This document shows, piece by piece, positions 24,501 to 36,500 of a DNA stretch of 64,000 bases; within the stretch, counting starts at the first letter, position 1, and each line of letters begins with the position of its first letter. Under the pieces are notes generated by a model. It saw nothing but the letters and a program-made list of their open reading frames with translations, made no database searches and was not told where the DNA came from. This DNA is from Raillietiella orientalis. Lineage: Eukaryota. The stretch covers positions 248,001-312,000 of the forward strand of contig JAYWIR010000042.1 in assembly GCA_036172245.1 (NCBI GenBank), read 5' to 3'. Position numbers and translations under genes: made by a program.

Positions 24501-27500
24501 AATAGCCGTAGGCATTTAAGACCCAGGAGTCAACGAGCCGTTTTGGATCCGATTGTCCCTGCGTATGCAACAACGTGTCCGAGTTCCCCTCATTTATCGG
24601 AAGAAGGGCAATGAGCTGACCATTTTCGACCTTTGCGCGGCAGCTGAAGACTTGAAGGAAGGTATGTTCTTCAAGACGCCGCGCTGGAGGCCACGGTACT
24701 GCCAAGAGCTGCGGGTTCGAATCCCACCCAGAGGAGGGTTGGCGCCAAGAAATGGGTGAGTCGTGGGTTTCGATTCCCCCCCCCCTCCTCGTCGATGGAC
24801 GACTATGGTTGACCTGTAGGCTTCGGGTGCGGCGCTGGTGGAAATCGGAAACCTTCGGACGCCCCCGTTGAGTGACCGGGATTAGAAGTTGACCCTCCAG
24901 GGTCCTTTCAGGAATCGAGGAGCCGCTTCGATTCGGGGTTCCCTCTTTGGTTGTGAAAATGGAACCGTCCCCTTGCCCGGGGAGGGACGTACCATGGAGC
25001 TGATGGATCGATACCTTCTCAGAGTGTCCAAGAAGAGTGCTGCTTTCTTCGGGGAGCGAAATTTGAGAGCATCCCTTCGGGGTTCTCTTCAGAGGAATAA
25101 AAGGAGTGGATCCTTTCCGGAGGGTCAATTCAGGGGATAAATCTTATGAACAGATCCTTTCTGGGTTCCCTTTGGAGATGAAATGAAGAGTTCTACCTCA
25201 CCTTCCCTCTTGAAGGTCCTTCCGGAGAGAATATGGAAGAGGTTCTCTTCGGGGTCCCCTTCCAAGCGTAAGAGGAAAAGACTGCCGTTCTCTGGAGCCC
25301 TTCCTGGATTCATGAGGTGGTCCCCTCCCGGGATACCCCGAGACTTGAAAAATAAGCAGCGAGACGGCCCGGAGCGACTCAGATCGGTAGACAACTCGGG
25401 TAACCCAGCCGTCTTAATGGCAGCGTGGATGCGGGATAAAAATCCTGCGGAAGAGTGCCTGTTCCGGTGCGAGGGAAGCAAAAAGGCTGCTGCAAGATGA
25501 TGATGAGGATCAGCTGGGAGTGTCCGTTGACGGCGGCGAGGTGTGAGGGAGGGGAGAGGAGCGGGCGCCGGGAGGTCACGAGTTTCGATCGCTCTATAGC
25601 GGCTTCCATCATCGGCCGATCGATCCCCATGGAGCGAAGGGACGCCGTGTCCTTGCGGACGAACCGCTGCAGGTTCCTCAGATCGAATGCGACCTTGAGA
25701 ATTCCCCACCCCCACCTCCAATGGGACATTCCGGAGCTAAGCAACCTCCCGCCGTCAGAGGAGCAGGGATGGAACGGGATACCGGCAAAAGAAAAGAAAA
25801 AATCCGCTCAAGATGGGGTCCTCGGTCCATCTCCGTGGTCAGCGTGGGACTCGGAAGGGAGTAATTTGAAGGGTGGGAAATGTCATCCGAAGAGTTCGTC
25901 CTTTCACGGAAAGTTATGCGTCGGGAGAGCTTTTAGGGAGTCTCTGAAGGGGAGGAAGAGTCACCAATAGGCAAGGCTCTCCTGGTCGAATGCGGCTTCC
26001 TAGCAGGGAGCTTTCGGGATCCTAGCGTCTTGCGCAGGCACCCCGAGCTGCCGTGCCGAAGGAAAGAGGCGGGGTGCGTCACCTCTCACCCCACCTCCGC
26101 TTACCCCCGCCGAATCCCTCCAGCTGCGAGCTCCCTGCCTCTCAGGGGCAGAGTCAGAGGCCGAAGACACGCAATCGCTCCTCCTCGTCCACTCCTGCAC
26201 CTCCCAGGGGTGTTGCGTGCTCAAGAAAAGCGTCTCCTTAGAGTGCGCGCCGGCCCATGCTTGGATTCTGCGCTAGGACTCCTTCCGTCGCTTCCACGGG
26301 CCTCTCCAGTTTTCGGGCTGCCTTGGACCCCTCCACACTCTTGCGTGGGTCGCTTCCGGATGCGACCCATGCTTCCCCCTCGGCGGGAAATTCTCCGTGC
26401 CTTCTTCCTTCCCTGGGCCGTCTGACTCCCGGATCCTCCTGGGAATGCTTCCTCTCGCATCCTGCTTGCGAGTGCTCCGTTCGCGAGCCCAGGGACGCCC
26501 ACTCGAACTCACAAGAGATACTCGGAGCAAAGCGCAGGAAGGGAAGGGTCAGCCCCAAATACACCCCATCTCCGCCCACCTCCCTCTCTCCTCCGTAGGA
26601 GATCACCGTACACGTTCTTTCTCCTCTCTTCGCAGCCCCCGTTCCCGCCCCTCCTCATGGAAGGGCCGCTTCTGGCTCCACCGAACCTCCTGTGTGGACG
26701 ATCCCTTATTTTGACGCGACCTCCTCTCGTGGGGCGCCCCCACGATTTAACTCTCGGAGGTAATCCCTGGAGATCTTCCTGCTCCCTCACTTCACTGCGC
26801 CTCCGTCTCCCTCACTCGGGAGACGGAGGCGGGAGGAGGCGAGCAAACTCCCTGCGGGATGAACGCTCGCGCGCGCCATAGCGGGTTCCGTGCTCGCCTG
26901 TCTTCCCTCCAGGACGAGCTGCTCGTCCTCCTCCCATCCTTCCCTCGTCCCTCGTTCCGCTCAGCTTCCTTCCCTCCTGCCACGCCTCCTGGGAAGCGGG
27001 AAACTCACGTCTGCTTCTCATCCTCCCCCTGGCCCCCTTTCCTCTGGACCGTCGCTCGAACAGCCCATTTCTGCACTCTTCCCCGCGGCCCCCGTCTCTG
27101 TCACTCGTGCCGCCGAACCGGGGACGTCTGTTCGGTCTTCCTCCAATCCTTCTACGGCTCCGGCGACTCCCCTTGAACGCTTCCGTGGTCAGCAGCGCAT
27201 AGCATCCCCGCGAGCGGCCGTCGGGCCGGGCAGAGGTCCGACGCATTCTCTTTCCCTTTGCGATGGACCCCGTCAAACCCGGGGGAGCGCTCCGAGGAGA
27301 TGGATGGCTGCTCGATCCGACGAGCGTTCCATGAGGGATGTTCGTTGACCCTGCCGCCGTGCAACCGGCGTCTCCCTCAACGTCCTTGATTCCCTCCCGG
27401 CCCTTCAACTCAGGAATTATCTCTGGGAGCAGCAGCCTCACTGTCTCCGAAAGCGGAAATTCGGATCGCCCCGACGAAGGGCGTCCCCGTCTGCCGCGTC

Positions 27501-30500
27501 CGCCCTTTTGCCCGGCGGTCCGAACGGACGCGCAATGACGGTTCCGTTCGGCTGGTTTCCGTCGCGCTGGTCCACGGGAGGAAGGGAGCAGGAATTCCTC
27601 CAGACGCCAACAGAAAGGCAGGATCTCTCGTCCCCTTGTTTGTTTACGAACCGCATCCCCTGCACCTCAGGGAATTCCGCTCTGCCGTCTCCTGCGAGAC
27701 GAAACTCGCCCATTTTTCTTTCTGGAGACAAAACAAATGAAACCTTTTTGGGCTGGAGCGGCGGCTTCCGGGTTCCAAGACGCGTGGATGCATCTTCCTC
27801 CTCCTCCGTCTGCGGGCACTCGTCCCCCCCTCCCCTCGTCTCGCGGATGCGGCTGCGGCTGCACGGAGGGATGCCGCTCGAGTTTCGCCGCGGAAGAAGC
27901 AGCTGACGACGGATGTCGTCTTGAAGCGACGATTAGCAGAGGGATCAACTCTTCCCTGGGTGAGAAAGACGGGAGAGGCTCCGAGTTCAGACGGCAGTCG
28001 GCTCTGTTTGCTCTTCCCTGAGCGGGTTCTTTCCCTCGTTCCTCTCCTTTCCCCGCGTCTCGCAGCCTGCTCTCCAGGAGGATTCGCTTCTCACCGCGAT
28101 GCATCGAGTTCTCGTTCCCCATTCTCGAAGGCGAAAGATGACGCAGTCGGCGAAGCCTCACCAATCAACAGCCACGTCCACTCGATGCCTCCCCCCGTTC
28201 TCTTTGATCTTAGCCAGAAGAACTCCGCCCTCTTTGGAGGCAGCAGTGGACAAGACCACGGCGCTTCCGCGTCAACGAAGCCGTACCGGGAAGCTCGAGA
28301 TGACCCCGGTCGACAGCGCCCCATGCAGCACCCGCGCCTGCAGGGCTGCAGACGTCCGGCGTCACCTCCTCGGAACTTTGGCTGTCCTAAAGCCCTAAGG
28401 ATCTCCTCCCGCTTTCCTGCACCACCGGCGCGCCTGTCCTGATCTTCCCAGCAAGGTTCTCATGGGAACCAGCCGCAGGTTCCCTCGGACTCAACACACA
28501 CGCAAGAAATCCAGCCGTGCGGTGCGTTCCTTCTCCCCCCCCCTCGGACGCATTCACGCAGCGTCCGCGAGTCTCATGGCGGATGTGGAACTTCCGGAGC
28601 AAGTTCCTTGCGACCACGTGTGGCGAGGGAACGCTTTCCCATCAAACTCCCAGGTGCGTGACCATCCCCTCCCCCTTCCGCCTTCCCTTCCCTTCGTCAG
28701 CTGAGATGTTTGGCTACCGGATTTTCTTTGCCTTCCTCCGGCATCTCAGGGGGACCTCACGGCGTGTTCTATTCTTCTCATACGGATCCGGTTGTAAACA
28801 GTCGCCTGTGCCAGGAGTTGAACTCTTCTTGCTCGTCGGAGTCGTCAGCGGCGCGCCATGGCTTGGCAAGAAAGAGTCGAGTGGCCGTTAGGATCCATCA
28901 GGTCTCGTAAAGGTAGAGAGGAACCGAAAGGAACTGAAACAGAAAATCCAAGATGTCTGATGCATCCATTCAGTCTCGGATGTGATCGGTTACGGTCGGT
29001 ATTTATGCACCTATATAATTCTGGTCAGCTGTTGAGGCAGACTTCGTTGAATCAGCTAAGGTGTTCTACCAAACTACCGTTTTCTCATTGGGTGCATCTG
29101 GAGTGCAGAATCAGCAATAGTAGACTTTTCAAAAGAGCAAAGATCACTCATTAAGCTTCCCACTTATCCTCCCTGATTCTTGTACCATTCAGCATGTTTC
29201 CTAACGAGAAGCTTAATGGACAGAAAGTTCTTATTCCGATCTTCCTGCGCAAGTGAAATCCATCCCCAACCAACGTTTTTGTGGATATGCTGAGTGATCC
29301 CGAGATTCGGGAGGTGGGCTGTCCAATCAAGCGGTGGCAAGTCCCCTCGGAGGCGCGTTGAAAGTCGGCCTAAGAGCCAGGAAACCGAATTCTGTCCCCC
29401 TCCCCCCCCGATGATGGGTTCGTTTCCGACGGTTTTCCAGGAGTGGAAGTGAACCAGAGAGAAAAAAACATTTGCGGTGATAGTCCCTTGGGAACTCTCG
29501 AAACAGTTCCGCGAACGGGGAGCACACACCACGCGTGACAAAACCTCATCAGAAGCTGGATGACCCCCCACGTTCATGTGTTTCGAACCGTCTCACCTGC
29601 GAACGCGTGGGAAGTCTCATTTGGCAGGATGGTCGCTTCGAGAAAATCAGTTGCCACAGATGCAAGGAAGTCTTTGCTTCGTAAGGAAGGAAATATCGGA
29701 TCTTGCAAGCGGGCACCCGCGCGCGAGGTTTGCTTTCTAAAGGTCGATTACTACCGGAGAAGTCCCCTCGGGTCGAATCGCTTGAGTCGTTGAACACACA
29801 CCGGAAATCCCTTTTTGTTCCTCGACGGTTATTGGACTCGAGGCTGCTCTTGGTACTTTCCGCCTTCTCCAGGAGCCGCAGCAGAAGGAGTCGTCCTCCG
29901 CACGCGTCCGAAGATTCGTTCCGGAGGAATTTCTGGGATCGTCAGCACCTCCCTCGAGCCATACCGTTTGGCGAAATCGCAAGCGAATCCAAGCACAGCC
30001 CACACATCATTGGGGAGTTCCGGTACTGCTGACGCAAAAATTCCCGCGCAAATTTGCTGCGCTTCCTGCAGATCTGCTGCTCGTGAAACCTCACCACCTT
30101 TCTGTTATCATCGGTTATCTTTCGCTCTTGTCGCTCTGTTCTCCAGGACCACAGTCCGGCCTGCCGCAGCACCGACTCCGCTCTTGCACGCAGCGGAGCC
30201 GTAAGAGATGTTCCTCCCTTGAACGATGAGCGTACTCGTGAAAGATCATTCGACCCGTTGATGCATGAAATAGCGTCCCCAGGGAAGGGTGCTAGGTTGT
30301 GTAAGCGTTCCTCCGGGTGGAATAGGGAAACTCGCGATCCTCCACTTGGGAGCAAGTTTGCGCTCGGATGTGCTCATGCTGCAGTGATTCTCGTGATTCT
30401 CGGATTCTCGAGAGTGCTGCTTTCTTCCAACCAGTTTCACGCTGGTTTAGGTGCTGGCGGCGCTATTCCCAGCAGGAAATTCAGAGTTAAGAACGGTTTA

Positions 30501-33500
30501 TTGAGGTGATGATCGCGTAATCCGTTCCCTGGAGATGGTCCCCGGGCAGAGCGATTCATTGCGGAATGAAAACCACGGTTGTCTACGTGTCAGCAGAATC
30601 GCGGAAGGAGGATAAGAAAGCATGAGGAGAAAAAAAAAAAAAAAAAAAAAAGGGAGGCACCGAGATTCGATGCGAGAGAGGCTTGGAGTGGTGAAAGTTT
30701 TGCGGGATATTTCGAGCTTCGAAGGCGGTTCGATCTTCCGAGGCGCAGCGTATTACTCACGCGAAAAGATCCACGGTGAGGAAGAGAATGTGTGCAGAAG
30801 AATGTTTTCTATGAAAATTTTCTTCCCACGCTGTATCATTTGTATCGATAGCTCAGTGAGCTTCCTTTGGATCTTTAACGGCATTTCCGGGTTATTATTT
30901 GCTTTCGCAGAGTTCTGAAGTTTCCAAGTTGGGAAAATGAGTTGCAGTTTCCGATGACACCATCGGCTAAAATCAAGGAAAGTAAAGGAACGGAGCGGAG
31001 AGAAGAATACCAAATTACCATAGTAGTTTTCTGGCATTTATCTGGGAAAAGCAGGCGTCTTCCAATACAGCAGCAATCCGTAAGAGGGTTCTGGAAAAAA
31101 AGAAAAGAGAAAACAAGGCTGCTGCTTGTCGATGGACGAATGGCACCAACCAAGACGAGGGAAAAGCAGACTCGGATAAAACACATCCATCTTTGGGTGA
31201 TGTTACTAACGTAACGAACGCTCACCGCGGTATCCCGGAAAAGGGGAAGAATCTGAAATTTGCTTCCCGGTTTGCTCCATTTCGAACAAAGAAGATTTTG
31301 GATCAGCTGTTTTCGCTATGCGTTCCTCTATGCGCTAAACCTTTGAAGCCTTATGGAAGAACAACATTAGGGTGTCCGGGAAGATTCCGAGATCTTCCTC
31401 GAGGGAGGTAGATTCATGACCTGCGATGTGATGCCAGGATATCTAAGGGAGGAAATAATTATGGAATACAATCCTTGTTCTCGACTAATTTCATAGAAGT
31501 TCGCTGTGGTTCTTTCGCGTGTAGAAGGACCCATGGAGGACACATTTGTGGACAGATTTACTCATTCTTCCTAGCAAATAACTCAACGGTCTTTCCAAAG
31601 ATAACCCAAAGAGTCCGTACACGCACGGTAGTACGTGCGTGTTCACATTCTTTTGGTTGTCCCCTGCTGCTGTCAGACTGGAGGGACGAACCCGACCTAC
31701 TTCAACAGTTTTAGAGCACACACCCGAAGTGACGAGGTCACAAAATCTACTACTTTTCCTGACCTGCGCCGTCAAAAGAGGCTGGGGTTTATCCGTTACC
31801 GCCAAAGAACCTTCTTATGCTAGAAGCTCAAGCATTGCACCTGATTCCCGATGCGGGATACGTGAAAGAGCGAATGGGGATAGTCGGGGTCTTGGCAAGG
31901 TACCCGTGAACTTCAAAGCTGGATAGCTTCTAAAAAAGTGTTGTGCCGAATCGTGTTCGCGGTTGTCAGCAGCTTTCTCAAAAGGGCGGCCTGAGCTGGT
32001 TGGAAAAGGGGGGGATGTAAGAGATTTCTTTGTGTGCAGCTGCACAAGAATACGAAGGAAGGAGTTGAGGCTGTTGGTATCGGACACAAGGGAGTCGAAT
32101 GCTTTGTCTCTATGGGATTTTTCCGCTAGTCAGATCTCTTTGGCATCGAGCTCTCCCTCGCTTGCTGTCTCTGAGCACTCTGCGAACCACATTTTGATGC
32201 GCGTCGCTCTTTGCCGTCTCAGAGGAACCAAATCCGTCCCAACGATTCAAAAGCCATCACAGGCTCGGTCTCCGCATTAAAAAAGGGATGGATGCTGCTT
32301 GTCAATGGAGCCCGTTAAAAACATAACTAAGGATAAGTTCTTCCATTTGCTTTCATCCAAAAATGATCTCTGTTAGAGGATTTCATTTTTTTAATTATAG
32401 CTTAAGAAGATGTTAAAATTACATTTTACTCAACTACAGTTGTGTTTTCCATATCTTGCCATCAGGGGTATGAGAAAGAAGAAATGGTGCAACTCACGAT
32501 TAGCCAGCCATCTGATCACCTTCCGAATGGTTCTCTTTCCAGACAAGCTGTACTGCCCGAGGATATTCGATGGATGGTCTTGCTGGAACCATACCGAATC
32601 CGGGAAATATGCGTTCGCTCCCTGCCCTCACTTCATCCAAGGCTTCCTGCCCGACAGTAAGTGCCAAGCAAGCTGATGGTTGTGTGCGTGATGGCTTCGC
32701 CGTGCGGTCAACCGGCAGTCTCCTCGGGCGGATGGAAAGGCGTGGTTCTTCGAGTGAAACCATCATTGGTTTTCGATGCGGTCAACAACGAGAAATGAAA
32801 GGGAAGCGTTGGGTTTTTTTTTTTCCCCCCCCCCATTTGCATCAGTCACCGCGTGTCCGGAAACCCAACGGCGAAGCTTTGGCTTCGCCTAATCTGCGTT
32901 CACGTGCAATCCGAGAACTGGAAACTGGTCATCGGAACAACTGATTCAGGTTCAGTTCGGAGGATGGGCGACCGCGCCCGATGCCGGATGAAATCGAGGA
33001 GACGAGTTTGCACCCTCATCTACCCCGAAACTGCGATGCGCTGGGTTCGTGAGAGGAGGTGATGTGATGGAGCGCAGATGTTGAACAGGATGGGCTCCGT
33101 CGCACTGTGTTCAACATCCAGGCGTTCACCGTCAGTTGCTAAATGGAGACGACCAAAAAAGTCGAAAGCAAAGCCGAAAGAATTTTGTAAATTGAAAGGG
33201 ATCCTTCCGAGAAGGGTGATCATTATTATCGGGAAAAAGCATCATATTAGTAGAAGTTGGTATATTATAGAGGGAAGATCGATTCATCCGAGTTATTGTA
33301 ATTAACGTCGAGCCAGCGAAGGTGCTGGGCCGAGAGCGCACAAGTGAGAATGGTAGCAGAAGTCCTCTTGAGAATAGTGTAGTACGAATGAATTATTTAT
33401 CGTTGTTACCTGGAAATGGTCCGTGGGGCATAATCATTTCTTCCCAAAAGACACGTTCACTTCAAACAGTGATAAAGCGCGAACACAACGCTCTTAATTC

Positions 33501-36500
33501 TTGGTAGCGATGACGCTGCGTTCAAAGGCATCAGCGGGTTGTTTGGTGAGCAGTCGTGAGAATAGCAGAATTTCTGTGGACACTCCGTGCAATGCGGTTG
33601 GATTTTTGATGCGTTCTTCGAAAACGGAAAGCCTTAGGGAGATGACATCAGAGATGCTACAGGGAAGAATTCGAATGTGTGAAGGCGCGCTCTTTGAACG
33701 AGAGTCTGCAAAACGGAGCTTCTCTCTTCTCTTTCTTGCCTGCCAGATGGGACACCCAGCAGCCACGTAGGGACTGGTTGCACGCAATGGCTGCCGGGAA
33801 GGCGCTCAAGTCCACGGGTTCGATGCTTGATGGACGCATTCCACTCATGGAAGGCGAAGGCGAAGTCTCTGAGCATCGTCACGCGGTTCGATGAGAAGAC
33901 TTCCAGACGAAGGGCAGGCACAACCGCGTGTGCACGTGTGACCGGAATAGGAGAGTCGTGTGCACATTTTGGCCGCCGTCCTGTGCATCACCATGATGGC
34001 TCGCAAGAACTTTCAACCGATTTTTGGTTCCTCAAGATGGATGCTTTCGGTGGATCTAGTCATTCGAGAGAGTTCTGCGAGAGAATGGTGAAATCGGCAC
34101 GTGACAGACGTTGATGGCTAGAACTAAGGATGACACAGATTTGTATCCAAAGAGTGAATGCTCCAAAGCATTTTTCCAGAAGAATGGACGAGGGATTCAG
34201 GGAGAAGTTATAGCACTTCACATCATTTAAGCATTATATGTAAGATCATATCAGGATTCGATTTGAGCATGTAACTTTTTGCAAAATAATGTAAATCACG
34301 TGACGTAGACGCACATGATGCGGTGTCCTAGTTGAGCAAAAATATCTATGCGACGCCTAAGACTGAGATCAAAAGTCTGATCAAGACGCGTCCTAATTTG
34401 GTTCTAGCTGCTCTTGATGATGTTTTTCAGTAGAACTTGATAATTCTTGTGCGAGATGAGATGAGCGGGACAGTGGATGTGGTCGGATGGTGAAAGAGAG
34501 AATGAAGGAGGCGAAGGATCTCTGATTCCATCTGACTTGCAATGGTTCTTTTCCGATTCAAATCATACAGTTTAAATTGCTCTGGCGTTAAATAGTCCTT
34601 AATAGTATCTGGCGTTCTGTTTAGATCAGTTGCATGAATCGCTATCTGAGCATTTTTGACCTTTTTTACGTACTGACGAGGAGAATTTGGTAAATGTTTA
34701 TCGCCATATAATGACTTAATTGACTCTCTGATCGAGTTTATAGCCTCATCTGCAATACAAAATCCCATCTATATGCATGGGTAGACAGACGAAGGATATT
34801 ATCGTGGTCACGGCATTTATTTGGTACAAACGAGGTGAGGATTAATGAGGTGTGGCTGAACTGTGAGAGAATAGTGAAGGGAAAGTAGGCAGCCTATGCA
34901 CCACCGCCACACTGGGATGAGTTTCGGACACCCTAGATCACAGAAGCAGGAAAGGAGCATCTCGCGGGCAAGGCATGCAAGGCGAGCGGAGCGGAGGACA
35001 GACACGAAGGTCAAAGCGAGGAAAAGGTCAGACTCCTGACTCCTGTTCCACGGGTGAGGTATAAAGCAGCCCGAAAGGGTGCCGTTTCGCAGTCCCGTGA
35101 CGTTTTGTCTTGGGTTCGCAGGACGGAGTGCCTGCGCGCGCCGCACGTCTTTCGTCTCGCTTTGAGACTCGCTCCAAGGGTGAGTGACGTTTCCCTCCTC
35201 CCCTTCTTCTGGGACCAGGAAGGGACATGGGAAGGATCTTCGGGTCACGGGAAGTGCTGATCTTCCGCTGAGGAATCACATGGTGGGGGAACGGGGCATC
35301 GAGTCAGTCGAGGGAGGAGGCGGCAGGTTAGGAAGGGCATGCATCGCTCTCCAGGCCCCTTCCTTGCCCTCCGAGGGTGGAGCGAGGGCAGTAACGAGAA
35401 GAGAGGGTTCGGGCGAGGGTTTTTGCGCAAATATGTCGCCTTTTGCTCTGGTGTGTGGAGGATCTCCAGCGTTCTGCAGCAGACGCCTTTCCTTCCGCAT
35501 TCAACTCAGGTCGCTCGTTGAGCGACCGCATTTCAGTGACCCAGTAAGTTTATTCGCAGATCGCTGATCCGCTCTGGATGGTCAAGGATGGTGCCGACTG
35601 CTCACCAATTCTCGGGAGCGTCGACATTGTTCGCGACGAGGAAGAGGATGAACAGCTGCGGACTCTGACGAGATGTCACAAGGAAGAGAACGGAAGACGG
35701 AAAAATGGGGAACTGTGGCCGAGAAAGAGCAACACGCAGGTGATTCTCGTTCCTCCATCGGGAGACTCAATCGAGTCGGCGGGACACCATTTTGCTCTTG
35801 CTCTTCGGGTTGAACCGAGCCCTGTCCATTGTAGGACAGTGAAGTTTTTCGACAGGAAAAAAGAAGCTGTTCTCTGGACCGAGCGATGAGAGGTGCAAGT
35901 ACATTCTCCGTCAAGTACCCTGCAAAGATAGCAGGTTATTCGGCATCGCGCTACTTCTGCTTCTGGAGAGAAGAAACGGTTAGGAGCGCGTGGCTGTAGT
36001 TTCGCCTTGGAGAACATTGAAACGCTTTTCTGACCCAACTTCAAGACCTCAAGCTTCGGACTCGTTGCGGATCCTCTTCGAAGTTTTCAGTGCAGCAGTA
36101 ACGATCGTCACTGAATCAAGGAAACGAATCGGAAGCCAAGTATTCATCCCTTGTGTTCATGTCTCGGTGCAGTCCGAGACTTTGAGTTCTTCCTGCTGCC
36201 TCCGAAGGCAGCCAGACTGACTGAACCCATCGGTACAACCGATACCCCACTCTTGAGGAGATCCTTCTTTTTCCATCACCTGTGTCTGACTCATTAAGGG
36301 CTCAGGGGACTTTTTCATATCAGATAATTCCATTAACACGGACGGACGTGCCAGTGGGCAAAGAAACAAAAGGAGGAAGAACATTGGGAAAAGAGGGTCC
36401 TTGGAATTTTTTTTCCGGCTGCTGTCTTGGTGTCTGGGAGTTTTTGCAACACCGTCCACTCCTTCTCAAGAATCCCGCGAAGAAATAGACAGAAGTGTGG

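Noticed and set aside
30629..30651. Poly-A/T runs (also ~13890, 20237, 37006, 55610) as retrocopy tails
   Set aside because: No adjacent processed gene or target-site duplication is evident, so they are treated as simple homopolymers.
34400..34455. Continuation of topA beyond an insertion (minus-strand ...SSTE...)
   Set aside because: Only a few residues resemble the expected downstream sequence. This cannot be told from chance without an alignment.
34427..34768. Intact or domesticated topoisomerase ORF (113 aa)
   Set aside because: The catalytic Tyr is absent, the AQEAHEAIRPT motif is broken, the ATG arises from a frameshift and the last ~29 aa are unrelated flank.
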